Assembly: GCA_050506795.1 (NCBI GenBank)
Contig: JBJHCF010000010.1
Location: 32,001-96,000, forward strand
Reading direction: 5' to 3'
DNA: 64,000 nt
From: Opitutia bacterium
Lineage (GTDB): Bacteria > Verrucomicrobiota > Verrucomicrobiia > Opitutales > T3Sed10-336
The notes under the pieces are model-generated. The model was not told the DNA's origin and ran no database searches. It saw only the letters and a program-made list of their open reading frames with translations. Made by a program: the position numbers and the translations under genes. This document shows, in pieces, positions 1-9,204 of this stretch. Numbering within the stretch: position 1 is the first letter of the stretch; each line of letters opens with the position of its first letter.

Positions 1-853
1 AGGGCACCAGGTTGACCACCTTGCCGCGCACCTTGTGGCCGACCGGGTACTTCTGTTCGATGTTGTCCCAGGGATTCTTGGTGGTCTGTTTGAGACCGAG
101 GGAAACCCGCTCCTTGTCGCGGTCGACCTCGATAATCATCACTTCGACCTCCTCGCCCTGTTTAAGCATTTCGCTCGGGTGGGAAATCCGGCCCCAACTC
201 ATATCGGTGATGTGAAGCAGGCCATCGAGACCGTCCAGATCGATAAAGGCGCCGTAATCGGTGATGTTCTTGACCACTCCGGTGCGAAGCTGTCCGGGAG
301 TGACTTCCTCCAGCAACTTGCGGCGTTTGGCGTGACGCTGCTCCTCGATCAGTTCCCGGCGGGAAATGACGATGTTCCGGCGGTCCAGGTTGATCTTAAC
401 CACCTTAAAGTCGTAGGTCTGTCCGACGTACTGCTCCAAATTCTTCGGAGGCTGCACGTCGACTTGCGACGCGGGAAGGAAGGAGTCGACCCCGATACTG
501 ACGATCAGGCCGCCCTTGACCTTGGCCTTGACTCGGCCGGGAACAATGGCCCCTTCTTCGCATTTGGAAAGGATGTTCTCCCAGTTCTTCTTTTGCTCCG
601 CTTTGTCGAAGGAGATTACGGGGTTGCCTTCTTTGTCCTCCAGGCGCTCCAGGAAAACCTCGATCTCCTGACCGGCCTGCAGTTCACTGATGTCGGGGAA
701 CTCAACCGCGGGAATCACGCCTTCCGACTTGCCCCCGATGTCGATGACGACCTCGTTCTGTCTGATTTCAATGATCGTTCCGGCAATAATCGTGCCTTCC
801 CGCAGTTTATCGAACCTGCTCTCGGCGAGCAGTTCACTCATTATGGAACTCAT
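1..853 (-). CDS. rpsA: 30S ribosomal protein S1 (N-terminal part, runs off the window edge)
   Basis: Manual translation from ATG 853: MSSIMSELLAESRFDKLREGTII...DIGGKSEGVIP...KVKGGLIVSIGVDSFLPASQVD...VKNITDYGAFIDLDGLDGLLHITDMSWGRISHP, i.e. tandem S1 domains. Absent from the ORF track because no stop lies inside the window. Confidence 0.97.
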   Translation of the reverse strand, partial: MSSIMSELLAESRFDKLREGTIIAGTIIEIRQNEVVIDIGGKSEGVIPAVEFPDISELQAGQEIEVFLERLEDKEGNPVISFDKAEQKKNWENILSKCEEGAIVPGRVKAKVKGGLIVSIGVDSFLPASQVDVQPPKNLEQYVGQTYDFKVVKINLDRRNIVISRRELIEEQRHAKRRKLLEEVTPGQLRTGVVKNITDYGAFIDLDGLDGLLHITDMSWGRISHPSEMLKQGEEVEVMIIEVDRDKERVSLGLKQTTKNPWDNIEQKYPVGHKVRGKVVNLVP

Positions 854-859
854 GTGCTG

Positions 860-1000
860 TTGTGATGGATTCTCTTATTGGTTCCTCCTCAACCCGGAGA
901 ACCCGGTATGACGTAATGTCATCCTTGTGGGTTATATTTCGGTTGAACGGAAGAAGCGAAAGGAACCGTTTCCGGTGCGACCGGAAAATCGCTTCTCCGC
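860..1000 (-). promoter_or_regulatory. Structured 5' leader of rpsA (possible autogenous control element)
   Basis: Several hairpins: GGAAGAAGCGA...TCGCTTCTCC enclosing TTTCCGGT/ACCGGAAA (~949-998), ATGAC/GTCAT (908-922), GGTTC...GAACC (~880-903). No clear SD before the ATG. Confidence 0.35.
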
Positions 1001-1097
1001 AAGACTAAAGAAACGACTATCCGCCTATCCGAGGCGGCGCGCAAGTAGAAAACGAAGGGGGATGGCGTTATCCGTTATCCCTTGATTCCTCAGCGGA

Positions 1098-1550
1098 TCA
1101 CAGCCGTTCGGCGACGCCGTCGAGGATCACCCGGTAGAGAGCGCGGTCGCGGGAGATTCGGCGCGAGACCATGGGCCGGTCGCGCACCAGTTCGCGCTCC
1201 TCGATTTCATTGATCACCAGGAGGACCTCCGTTTCGTCCGGGCCCAGGTCGGTCAGATGAAACTCGAGCTCGACCTGCCGGGAGTTGCGAAAGGAAGCTT
1301 CAGACCGCACCCAGCTCAACGCGGTCAAGCGACCGGCACGGGAATCGGCGTAACGGACGCGATAATCCCGGTCTTCGACCTCGTCGCGAATGGCCGCCAT
1401 CAGTTGCTGGCGATCGGCGGTGAAAACCCGGGTTTCGCCATCGTCCGTTCGCTGCGGGAAGGAAGTGGCACAGCCGGGCATCAGGATCAGCAGAGCAATT
1501 AAAACCGCCGGCCGTCCCCTGACCAGAACATTCAGTGTGTGTCGAATCAT
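1098..1550 (-). CDS. Hypothetical lipoprotein
   Basis: ATG 1550 overlaps the upstream stop (ATGA). Basic N-terminus, hydrophobic stretch, lipobox-like LMPG-C. Confidence 0.65.
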   Translation of the reverse strand: MIRHTLNVLVRGRPAVLIALLILMPGCATSFPQRTDDGETRVFTADRQQLMAAIRDEVEDRDYRVRYADSRAGRLTALSWVRSEASFRNSRQVELEFHLTDLGPDETEVLLVINEIEERELVRDRPMVSRRISRDRALYRVILDGVAERL

Positions 1551-2608
1551 CGCGTTTCCGAGAACGCTAACGGTTGTTGCTGGGAAATGCAATGGAGCGT
1601 TCCCAGTCCGACCACCAAATCCACACAATCCACCGGGTAAACGCTACGCCCCGGGAAACAGTCCCGCAGAATCTCCCGCGCCAGTCCGTCACGCCGGGGC
1701 TGCCCGAAGGTCGGCAGCAATACGGCGCCGTTGATCACCAGGTAATTGGCGTAGGACGCCGGCAAACGGTCGTCGTGGAAATATATCGGCTCCGGGGCCG
1801 GCAGTTTCACGATCTCAAAGGGTTTTCCCTCGGCATCGCGAAACGATTCCAGGCGCTCGAGATTCATCCGCATGGGACGGAAATCGAGGTCGGATTCGTC
1901 CTCCGGCGACACACAGGCAATCGCCCCCGAGGGCAGAAAGCGGGCGATATCGTCTATATGCCCGTCGGTGTCGTCGCCCGCTATGCCTTCGTCGAGCCAA
2001 TAAAACCGGTTCACCCCGAGATGGTCGCCAAGCAGGCGTTCAATTTCCGCCGGCGAGAGGTGGGGATTGCGGTTGGGGTTAGACAGGCACTGCGTGGTGG
2101 TCAACAACCCGCCGCGGCCGTCGACCTCCAGCGAGCCTCCCTCCATGACCGCGGGTACGGCGAAACGCATCATTTGCAGCGCTTCCGCGATCCGCAGCGG
2201 AATGGCGTCATCGGCGTCGAACGGCGGATACTTTCCGCCCCAGGCGTTGTATTTCCAGTCGGTCAGGGCCACCTGGCCGGTGGCGTCGTTCTTGACAAAG
2301 ATCGGCCCGTGATCCCGACACCAGGCGTCGTTGCTGGGATGATCGAAAAAGCGGACGCGATCCAGGTCGGCTCCGGCTTCCAGCAGATGATTTCGGGCGG
2401 ACGCCTGCACCGGCGCCGGGCAGTTGAGGTGCACGGCTTCATGACGGGTGATGATGGCTGCAATCTGGGCAAACTTCGGCGGAATGCGCTCGAAGAGGCC
2501 CGGCCAGGTGGTCTCATTGACGGGCCAGGTCAGCCAGACGGCCTCCTGCCGTTCCCATTCCGCGGGCATGCGAAAGCCCAGATCACGTGGAGTTTCCATA
2601 GTTGTCAT
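1547..2608 (-). CDS. aguA: Agmatine deiminase (Porphyromonas-type peptidyl-arginine deiminase family)
   Basis: MPAEWE, W.RD.GP, EGGS, DDTDGHIDD, ASYANY and GTLHCISQQ motifs. Confidence 0.92.
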   Translation of the reverse strand: MTTMETPRDLGFRMPAEWERQEAVWLTWPVNETTWPGLFERIPPKFAQIAAIITRHEAVHLNCPAPVQASARNHLLEAGADLDRVRFFDHPSNDAWCRDHGPIFVKNDATGQVALTDWKYNAWGGKYPPFDADDAIPLRIAEALQMMRFAVPAVMEGGSLEVDGRGGLLTTTQCLSNPNRNPHLSPAEIERLLGDHLGVNRFYWLDEGIAGDDTDGHIDDIARFLPSGAIACVSPEDESDLDFRPMRMNLERLESFRDAEGKPFEIVKLPAPEPIYFHDDRLPASYANYLVINGAVLLPTFGQPRRDGLAREILRDCFPGRSVYPVDCVDLVVGLGTLHCISQQQPLAFSETR

Positions 2609-2636
2609 CAATTCCAATCCAGCCGCCGGGTGAAAA

Positions 2637-3995
2637 TCAAACCGAAAGGTCCAGCACCGTCGCGGCGATGGCGAAGTAGATCAACAACCCGATCGCGTCC
2701 ATCAGCGAGGTGATCAAGGGACTGCTGGCCACCGCGGGGTCCATTCGCAACCGGGTCAGAGTGAACGGCAGAATCACGCCAAAGAGGTTCGCAACCAGGA
2801 CAATCGCCATCATGCTCAACCCCACCACCAGGCCGATCTCCGGGCCATCCCGGTAGATACCCAGGAAGTAGGTCAGGAATCCCATGCTCACCCCGAGCAG
2901 AAGACCCACCGCCAATTCCTTGCCGATGGCTTTGCCCCACCGCCCCAGCTGCAAATCACCGGTGGCCAATGCGCGCACCATCAGGGTGGCGGACTGGGCT
3001 CCCGCGTTTCCTCCGCTGGCAATCAGGAGCGGCATAAAGAATGCCAGAACAATGAACTGTAACAGGTACTCCTCATATCCCGCGATAATGCTGGCGGAAA
3101 TAAGGTTGACGAACACCAGAATCGTCAACCACCCGATGCGCCGGCGGTAAAGTAATCCCGGGCTGGCCAGGCTGTAGGGCATGTCCAGGGGCGCCACCGC
3201 CGCGCTCTTGTGAAAGTCCTCCGTCGCCTCCTCTTCGGCGACATCCAGGACGTCGTCGACGGTGACGATCCCCAATAAAACGCCTTCCGAATCCACCACC
3301 GGCAAGGCGTTCAAGTCGTAGCGCTGAATCATCTGAACCGCGTACTCCCGGTCCTCGAAGGCCGTGAGGCTCACGAACCGGTAATCCATCAAGGATTCCA
3401 CCGATGCCTCCGGATCGGCCAGGATCAGACGACGAATGCGCAGGGCGTCGAGCAACTTTCCGTGGTCGTCCGTGATGTAGAGCATGTTGAGGATTTCACT
3501 GTCGCGTCCGGTCTCCCGGATATGCTCCAGCGCCTCGGAAACCGTCATGTCCGCCCGAATGGCCAGGTAGTCGGGAGTCATGAGTCGCCCGATGCTTTCC
3601 TCCGGGTAACCCAGAAGCTGCCGGACCTCGTTCAAGTCCTCCGGATTGAGCAGCTTCATCATGCGCTGCGTCACTTCGGCAGGGAGTTCCTCCAGCAGCG
3701 CCGTCCGGTCGTCCGGACTCAAATTGGCCAGGAGGTAACGGTTGTCCTCCTCCGAGAGCTCTTTGACAAAGGCGTCCTGGTATTCCGGATCCAGATGGGC
3801 GAAAACATCGGCCGCTCGTTTGCGCGGCAAACTGCGGTAAAACAGCACCCGCTCGGCTTTTTCCAGCGCCAGCAGCAGATCCGCCACTTCCGGATCGGGC
3901 CAGTCCTTTACCAGGGCGGCCAATTCCTTCCATTTGTGGTCTTCGATCAGTTTCTTGACCCGTGGCTTGTCGGCTTCCAGATGTTCGGGAGTCAT
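2637..3995 (-). CDS. mgtE: Magnesium transporter MgtE
   Basis: N-domain, CBS pair (GRLMTP...[10 protein letters not shown]), TM domain with GGNAGAQ and [12 protein letters not shown]. Confidence 0.95.
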   Translation of the reverse strand: MTPEHLEADKPRVKKLIEDHKWKELAALVKDWPDPEVADLLLALEKAERVLFYRSLPRKRAADVFAHLDPEYQDAFVKELSEEDNRYLLANLSPDDRTALLEELPAEVTQRMMKLLNPEDLNEVRQLLGYPEESIGRLMTPDYLAIRADMTVSEALEHIRETGRDSEILNMLYITDDHGKLLDALRIRRLILADPEASVESLMDYRFVSLTAFEDREYAVQMIQRYDLNALPVVDSEGVLLGIVTVDDVLDVAEEEATEDFHKSAAVAPLDMPYSLASPGLLYRRRIGWLTILVFVNLISASIIAGYEEYLLQFIVLAFFMPLLIASGGNAGAQSATLMVRALATGDLQLGRWGKAIGKELAVGLLLGVSMGFLTYFLGIYRDGPEIGLVVGLSMMAIVLVANLFGVILPFTLTRLRMDPAVASSPLITSLMDAIGLLIYFAIAATVLDLSV

Positions 3996-4060
3996 AATGT
4001 ACCCTTCATTTACGATTTTCCGGTCTCCGCGACTTCCGCGGACGTGAATTCCATCGAGGT

Positions 4061-4894
4061 CTATTCAATATCGATCACCATTTCGGACGGGAAATAAAAG
4101 AAAACAAAGAGAGCCAGCGCAAACAGGTAGGCGGCGAACCACACCAGTTTTTTCCGTTTGAGGAATTCGATCAGCCAGACGATGCCGATGAGCGAGCAAA
4201 CAAAGGTAACGGCGAAACTGAGCATCAGCGGCCCCCAGCCGATCCGCCCGAACATTCCGTCCTGAAGGTCCCCCAGCGCCAGCACGCTCGATCCCATAAT
4301 GACCGGCACCGAGAGCAAAAAAGAATAACGCACCGCGGTCTCCCGGCTCAAACCCGAGAGGAGAGCGGCGATCAAAGTGGCCCCCGACCGGGAAACCCCC
4401 GGCAACACCGCCACGGTCTGCCCGAGGCCGACAATCACCGAATCGCGGAAGGTCATGTCCTTCTCCCGGCGGTCCCCGTAACGGCTAAAGCGCTCCAGAA
4501 AAACCAGGAAGGCCCCGGTCAGCGCCAGCATGGCGGCCACAAACGGCGGCTGTTTCATGGCATCGCCGATCTGCCCCTGCATAAGAATTCCAAGCACTCC
4601 GGTGATCACGGTGGCCACCACGATGTACAGACCGAAAAAGAATTCCGTTCTATCCTCCGGTCCCCGTCGTACCAGGTAGCGCAGGAACCCGGCGATCAGC
4701 CGCTGCAAATCGTTCCGGAAATAAATGAGGACCGCCAGAACCGAAGCCAGATGCAGAAAAATCTCAAACCCCAACCCCGGGTAGGTCTGTCCGAGGAGGT
4801 ATCCGGTCACAACGATGTGCGCGGTACTTGAAATCGGCAGAAACTCCGTGATGCCCTGCACGATGCCGAAAAGAATGGCTTCCCAGTAACTCAT
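4061..4894 (-). CDS. uppP: Undecaprenyl-diphosphate phosphatase
   Basis: [17 protein letters not shown] and PGVSRSGAT signature motifs; start taken at [10 protein letters not shown]. Confidence 0.95.
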   Translation of the reverse strand: MSYWEAILFGIVQGITEFLPISSTAHIVVTGYLLGQTYPGLGFEIFLHLASVLAVLIYFRNDLQRLIAGFLRYLVRRGPEDRTEFFFGLYIVVATVITGVLGILMQGQIGDAMKQPPFVAAMLALTGAFLVFLERFSRYGDRREKDMTFRDSVIVGLGQTVAVLPGVSRSGATLIAALLSGLSRETAVRYSFLLSVPVIMGSSVLALGDLQDGMFGRIGWGPLMLSFAVTFVCSLIGIVWLIEFLKRKKLVWFAAYLFALALFVFFYFPSEMVIDIE

Positions 4895-4971
4895 GGCACC
4901 ACTACGGAGGAATCCCCTCATGGTGGCAAGAACGGGATGGGGACTGACCGGCTCACTCCCGGCGCCCCCCC

Positions 4972-4999
4972 TTGACAATCCTGCCGAAAAACCTAGGAT
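4972..4999 (+). promoter_or_regulatory. Sigma70-like promoter for the small membrane protein
   Basis: TTGACA(4972-4977)-N16-TAGGAT(4994-4999). Confidence 0.5.
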
Positions 5000-5037
5000 G
5001 CCCCAACGAGTTTCATCCCAATTCGTCTCCCGTACCT

Positions 5038-5175
5038 ATGCCATACCACAACAAGGTTCCCCGGCAGGAAAAGATCAAAGTGGTCGCGCTCGTCGCCTTC
5101 CTCCTGGCGGTGGTCGCAATCGCCGTGTACATCATCTACCTCGTGGTGGCCTCCCCCGCCCAAAGCTACCTTTAG
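5038..5175 (+). CDS. Small single-pass membrane protein (45 aa)
   Basis: MPYHNKVPRQEKIK-VVALVAFLLAVVAIAVYIIYLVV-ASPAQSYL. GC-ending codons, fills the intergenic gap, promoter-like sequence upstream. Confidence 0.7.
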   Translation: MPYHNKVPRQEKIKVVALVAFLLAVVAIAVYIIYLVVASPAQSYL

Positions 5176-5203
5176 ACAATACCCACGCCCCACGCCGAAG
5201 GGC

Positions 5204-6583
5204 TCACCCTCCCCTCAAGTGCGCCAGGATCAGGTCGTGGATTTCGGTCGGGGCGAAGGTTTCGCGATCGATCAGGTTCGGAACATTGGACGCCACCAGG
5301 GGCCCGGTTTCCCGGGAGGCGGCGCGCAGGCCGTGGGAGCCTTTCACCAAAGTCCCGTCGGCGGAAATCAGGTCCATCCGGTAACGGAATCCGAGCTTCT
5401 TTTGCAGGAGCCGCCGGGCGGCTTTGAACTTCGGCCAACGGATGGTTGGATCGATAAAAAGCTCCGCCGGATCGTAACCGGGTTTGTTGTGGATATCGAC
5501 CGTGGGGGCGAAATCGGGCGCCTTTCGGTCGTCCAGCCAGTAGTAGTAGGAGAACCAGGCATCCGGCTCCGCCAGCGCCACCAGCTCCCCGGAGCGCGGG
5601 TGATTCAGCCCGTGCTCCGCCTGCCCCGCGGCGTCGAGCAGGGTCGCCACCCCGGGCACCTCGGCCAGGAGATCCCGCACCGGCGCAACATCGGCAGGAT
5701 CGCGTACGTAGATGTGGGCCACCTGATGATCCGCCACCGCGAAAGCCCGGCTGCTGCCCGGGATCAGGATTTCACCGCCCATCTCCTCGCGGACCGTGAT
5801 GTAACCGGCTTTTCGCAGCGCGCGGTTCAACGCCACCGGCCGGCTCACCGGGGTGATGCCGTACTCGGACAGCACAATGACCGCGATCTCACGCTCCTGG
5901 TAATACCGGACCAGTCCCTCACAGACCTCATCGATTTCCCGCAGGTCCTTGCCGATCGCCGGATCGTTCGGTCCCAGGCGCTGCAGGTTGTAATCGAGGT
6001 GCGGGAGGTAAACCAGCGTGAGGGTCGGCTGAAAGCGCTTTTCCGTGAACCGGGCGCACTCGGCAATCCAGTCACTGGAGGAAATATCGGTCAACGGCCC
6101 CCAGAATTTAAACAGGGGAAACTGTCCCAGACGGTCCTGCAGATTGTCGCGAAAGTGGGGCGGCTCGGTGAGGATGTCGGGCACCTTGACTCCGTCCGTG
6201 CGGTAAATCGGACGCGGCGTCACCAGGTAATCGACCGTCGAGTTCATGTTGTACCACCAGAACAGGTTGGCACAGGTGAAGTCCGGATCCTCCTTGCGGG
6301 CACGCTCCCAGACCTTCGGCGCCTGGACCAGTTTGTTGGACTGACGCCAGAACTTGATCTCGTCCATCTCCCGAAAGTACCAGCCGTTCCCCACGATCCC
6401 GTGTCGCGCCGGCTGCACCCCGGTCAGGTAGGTCGCCTGGGCCGAACAGGTCACCGCCGGCAATACCGGGCCGATCGCGGCGGAGCGCGCCTCCCCGCCC
6501 AGCCATTTCGCGAGAAAGGGTGTGTTTTCGCCGATCAGGTCGGGCGTCAATCCGACCACGTTCAATACCGCGGTTTTTCGCAT
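5204..6583 (-). CDS. eboF: Alkaline phosphatase/nucleotide pyrophosphatase family protein, EboF-like
   Basis: LNVVGLT, PAVTC, YLPHLDY, VDIH.KPGYDP.ELF and VKGSHG motifs; coupled to eboE. Confidence 0.85.
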   Translation of the reverse strand: MRKTAVLNVVGLTPDLIGENTPFLAKWLGGEARSAAIGPVLPAVTCSAQATYLTGVQPARHGIVGNGWYFREMDEIKFWRQSNKLVQAPKVWERARKEDPDFTCANLFWWYNMNSTVDYLVTPRPIYRTDGVKVPDILTEPPHFRDNLQDRLGQFPLFKFWGPLTDISSSDWIAECARFTEKRFQPTLTLVYLPHLDYNLQRLGPNDPAIGKDLREIDEVCEGLVRYYQEREIAVIVLSEYGITPVSRPVALNRALRKAGYITVREEMGGEILIPGSSRAFAVADHQVAHIYVRDPADVAPVRDLLAEVPGVATLLDAAGQAEHGLNHPRSGELVALAEPDAWFSYYYWLDDRKAPDFAPTVDIHNKPGYDPAELFIDPTIRWPKFKAARRLLQKKLGFRYRMDLISADGTLVKGSHGLRAASRETGPLVASNVPNLIDRETFAPTEIHDLILAHLRGG

Positions 6584-7806
6584 TATTCGTTACCCAACAC
6601 CCCGAGGGTCCAGCGGTATTCGCGTTCGATGGAGTCGAGCAGATTTCCCTTCAACCCCTCGGGGAGAACGTCCCAGGTGTAGGTTTCGATCTCCAGTTGC
6701 GGCCGGAGGCCTTTGGCCCGTACGGCGGCGAGACTGGTGACGATATCCTCCCGGGTGGACTCCAGCCCGCCAAACGCTTCCGCAAAAACCGGTACATGAA
6801 AATGGATACGCCACTCGCGGGCGTCCGGATCCTGTTTCCTGCCCAGGGCTTCCGCCAAATCCGGATAACGCCGCAGGCTTCCGTCGGCGCGGCGCTCCAC
6901 CACCTGATGCAGGTAGGTCGACTCGGCAAAGGCCGACAACCGTTTTGTCCACCGCAGATAATCCTCGATCCCTTCCGGCGGGAGCGTTTTAAGCGCGGCG
7001 CTGATCTGCACCTTGCCGATGCCGATGCCGGCCGCCAAAAGCCGGTCGATGGCCTCGCCGGGCTCCTCGTATTCCACCGCAAAGTGACAGGTATCGTAAC
7101 AGATCTGGATATGCTCGCGCAAAGCCTCTTCCGCCCGGCTTTTCTCAAAGCCGTAGACCCCGTGCAAGTAGGCCACGCCCTCCTCAAACAGGTGTTCGGT
7201 GAAAAACGCGACCGTTTCCGCGCTGTTTTCCAGCAGGCAATCCGGCTCCGGTTCGATGTCGATGTGCACCCGCTTGCCGGTTCGTTCCCGCATCCGAGCC
7301 AACTCGCCGGCCACACGGGCCAGGTGGCGCGCGCATTCGTCGAACACCAGAACCCGTTCCGACCCTTCAGGCACCCAGGGTTTGTAGGACAGCGGCGAGG
7401 TCGAAATCCCGCCCTCGCCTTCCTCCGGCAAGAGACCGATCATTCCCTCGGCCAGGTCGAGAGTGTAACGAACGCGTTCCTCGGTTCTCCAGTCCGGCGC
7501 ATAAACCTTTTCTTTGACCTTCTCCCCGTGAAAGGCCCCGTATGGAAAGCCGTTCATGGTGATCACGTAAAAGTCCTCGTCCGCCATCCACCTCCGAAAC
7601 GCCTCCAAACGGTCCCCGGTCAGTAAATCCCGCCCGGCCTGCGCCGACAGCCGCAGTCCCAACGCGAATGGCCGGTCGGGCGACAACCTTCGCTTCAACT
7701 CGGGAGCGTGTTTACGCAGTTGAGCCAACGTCTCATCCAGGCTTTCGCCCGGATGAATATTGGAGCAGTAAGTCAAATGATATTCGGAATGACCGTCGAC
7801 TTTCAT
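6583..7806 (-). CDS. eboE: Metabolite traffic protein EboE (xylose-isomerase-like TIM barrel)
   Basis: HLTYCSNIHPGE, NGFPYG.FH...VKE.VY.PDW, EPEPDC, YLHQ, WRIHFHVP, EIETYTW.VLP. Confidence 0.9.
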   Translation of the reverse strand: MKVDGHSEYHLTYCSNIHPGESLDETLAQLRKHAPELKRRLSPDRPFALGLRLSAQAGRDLLTGDRLEAFRRWMADEDFYVITMNGFPYGAFHGEKVKEKVYAPDWRTEERVRYTLDLAEGMIGLLPEEGEGGISTSPLSYKPWVPEGSERVLVFDECARHLARVAGELARMRERTGKRVHIDIEPEPDCLLENSAETVAFFTEHLFEEGVAYLHGVYGFEKSRAEEALREHIQICYDTCHFAVEYEEPGEAIDRLLAAGIGIGKVQISAALKTLPPEGIEDYLRWTKRLSAFAESTYLHQVVERRADGSLRRYPDLAEALGRKQDPDAREWRIHFHVPVFAEAFGGLESTREDIVTSLAAVRAKGLRPQLEIETYTWDVLPEGLKGNLLDSIEREYRWTLGVLGNE

Positions 7807-7885
7807 AAGAATATAAGACCCAAACTACCGCCCCACCCAAGCCCGCGCAAACCATAACCGCTCCCGCCCCCTACGGCTTTTTTTT

Positions 7886-8136
7886 ACCACGAAATGCACA
7901 AAATACACGAAATGGGGAAACGGCGGAGCCGCTGTTCCTTGTTCCTGGTTCTTGGTTTCAGCTTCTCAGCATTTCAGCCTTTCAGCGTTTTGCCTCGCCC
8001 CTGCTGAGCCGCCAGGCGAAGTCCCGGCCTGCCGGGATCCTCTGACTCCTGATCCCCTTCGCCACTGAGCCGAGCCGGCTGAAGCACGGCACTACGGGTT
8101 TTGTCCCTCGCCCCTGCCCTGAGCCTGTCGAAGGGC
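7886..8136. repeat. Mosaic intergenic repeat block (nonamer array, 7/8-mer repeats, composite element with GTAG REP, CCTGAGCCTGTCGAAGGG motif)
   Basis: ACCACGAAATGCACAAAATACACGAAAT at 7886; GTTCCTT/GTTCCTG/GTTCTTG and TTTCAGC runs at 7934-7990; 8011-8103 recurs at 10403-10480. Confidence 0.85.
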
Positions 8137-8144
8137 TCTGCCCC

Positions 8145-9104
8145 TCAGGTCACCACAAAGGCCCGTGCCAGTCCGCGTGATAAGGGCAGCAGCGCCAGAA
8201 CGACCAGCCCCGTCACCCAGCCGGCGAAGCCGGCGGCCAGTGCGGCGTTGAGCACGACCAGCGACAGCACCCCCGCCTTGACCGCGCGGCCGGTCAGCGC
8301 GGGGGTCGGACTGGTGGCGGCCAGAACGAAGGGCGGCAGGACCAACCCGGCCAGGAGCAGGAGAAAGGGGAAACTGTGCCACAGTTGAAAATACGGCGAC
8401 AGCACCCCAAGCACGATCAACTGCCCAAACACCGCTCCCAAAGCCCCGAGTGCGATCACACCGCTGACACGCCTTCCGCCCAGGACCTCCCCCCGGCTCA
8501 CCGCGGTAACAGCACCGATGTAGAGCAACGGCAACGCCCCCAACGGCCACCACACCGCGAGTTGGCCCAACGCGATACTCATGCCCAGGAGCAGATTCCC
8601 CGCACGGCACAACCCCATCACCACCGGACCGGCCACGGCATGGTGCTTGGCGATTCCGTTGTAGAGGAAGGTGCCGGCCGCCACGGACAGGGCAATCAGA
8701 CCGCTCACGAAACCGGCGCCGAAGGCCGCCGTCACCCCGCCCGCCAGAAGAACGCCGCCGAGCAGGGACGCACCGCGGCGAGTCACCCGTCCGCTGGGTA
8801 TGGCCCGTTCCGGCCGTTCCCGGGCATCCAGCGAGGCGTCGAAGACATCGTTGAAGGTAATCCCTCCGGCATAAAGGCCGACTCCGGCCAGCAGCAGCCA
8901 AATCAGCGCCGGTTCAATGCTCAAACCGGCCTCGCCGAAATAAATCGCAAAACCACCGGCCACAGCGGCGCCGGCCAGGACATCCGCCAGGGCGGTGACC
9001 GTATTGGGGGGACGGATGAGTTCCAGGAACGCTCGAAATGTTGTGGTCACGGCAGGATCAAAGCGGCCGTGAGCGTTTCGGGTGAATTCGCTTGTTTGCT
9101 CCAC
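8145..9104 (-). CDS. eboC: UbiA-family prenyltransferase, EboC-like
   Basis: LIRPPN..TALADVLAG, NDVFDA.LD..ERPER.IPSG, MGLCR..NLLLG; multi-TM. Start may be GTG 9050. Confidence 0.88.
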   Translation of the reverse strand: MEQTSEFTRNAHGRFDPAVTTTFRAFLELIRPPNTVTALADVLAGAAVAGGFAIYFGEAGLSIEPALIWLLLAGVGLYAGGITFNDVFDASLDARERPERAIPSGRVTRRGASLLGGVLLAGGVTAAFGAGFVSGLIALSVAAGTFLYNGIAKHHAVAGPVVMGLCRAGNLLLGMSIALGQLAVWWPLGALPLLYIGAVTAVSRGEVLGGRRVSGVIALGALGAVFGQLIVLGVLSPYFQLWHSFPFLLLLAGLVLPPFVLAATSPTPALTGRAVKAGVLSLVVLNAALAAGFAGWVTGLVVLALLPLSRGLARAFVVT

Positions 9105-9204
9105 AGCCGCGAAGTACGCTGCTCTTTTTGCTCATTCCATCCAATGGTGTCTAGCTGGAAACAACGAAAGGGTAAGAGTCTTGAAAGAAGGACGCGGGAT
9201 TAAA

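Noticed and set aside
35..865. 276-aa plus-strand ORF and other long antisense ORFs (e.g. 24344-26161, 27965-29617, 38105-40333, 43016-44506)
   Set aside because: Shadow frames opposite well-supported genes in high-GC DNA, with no recognisable motifs.
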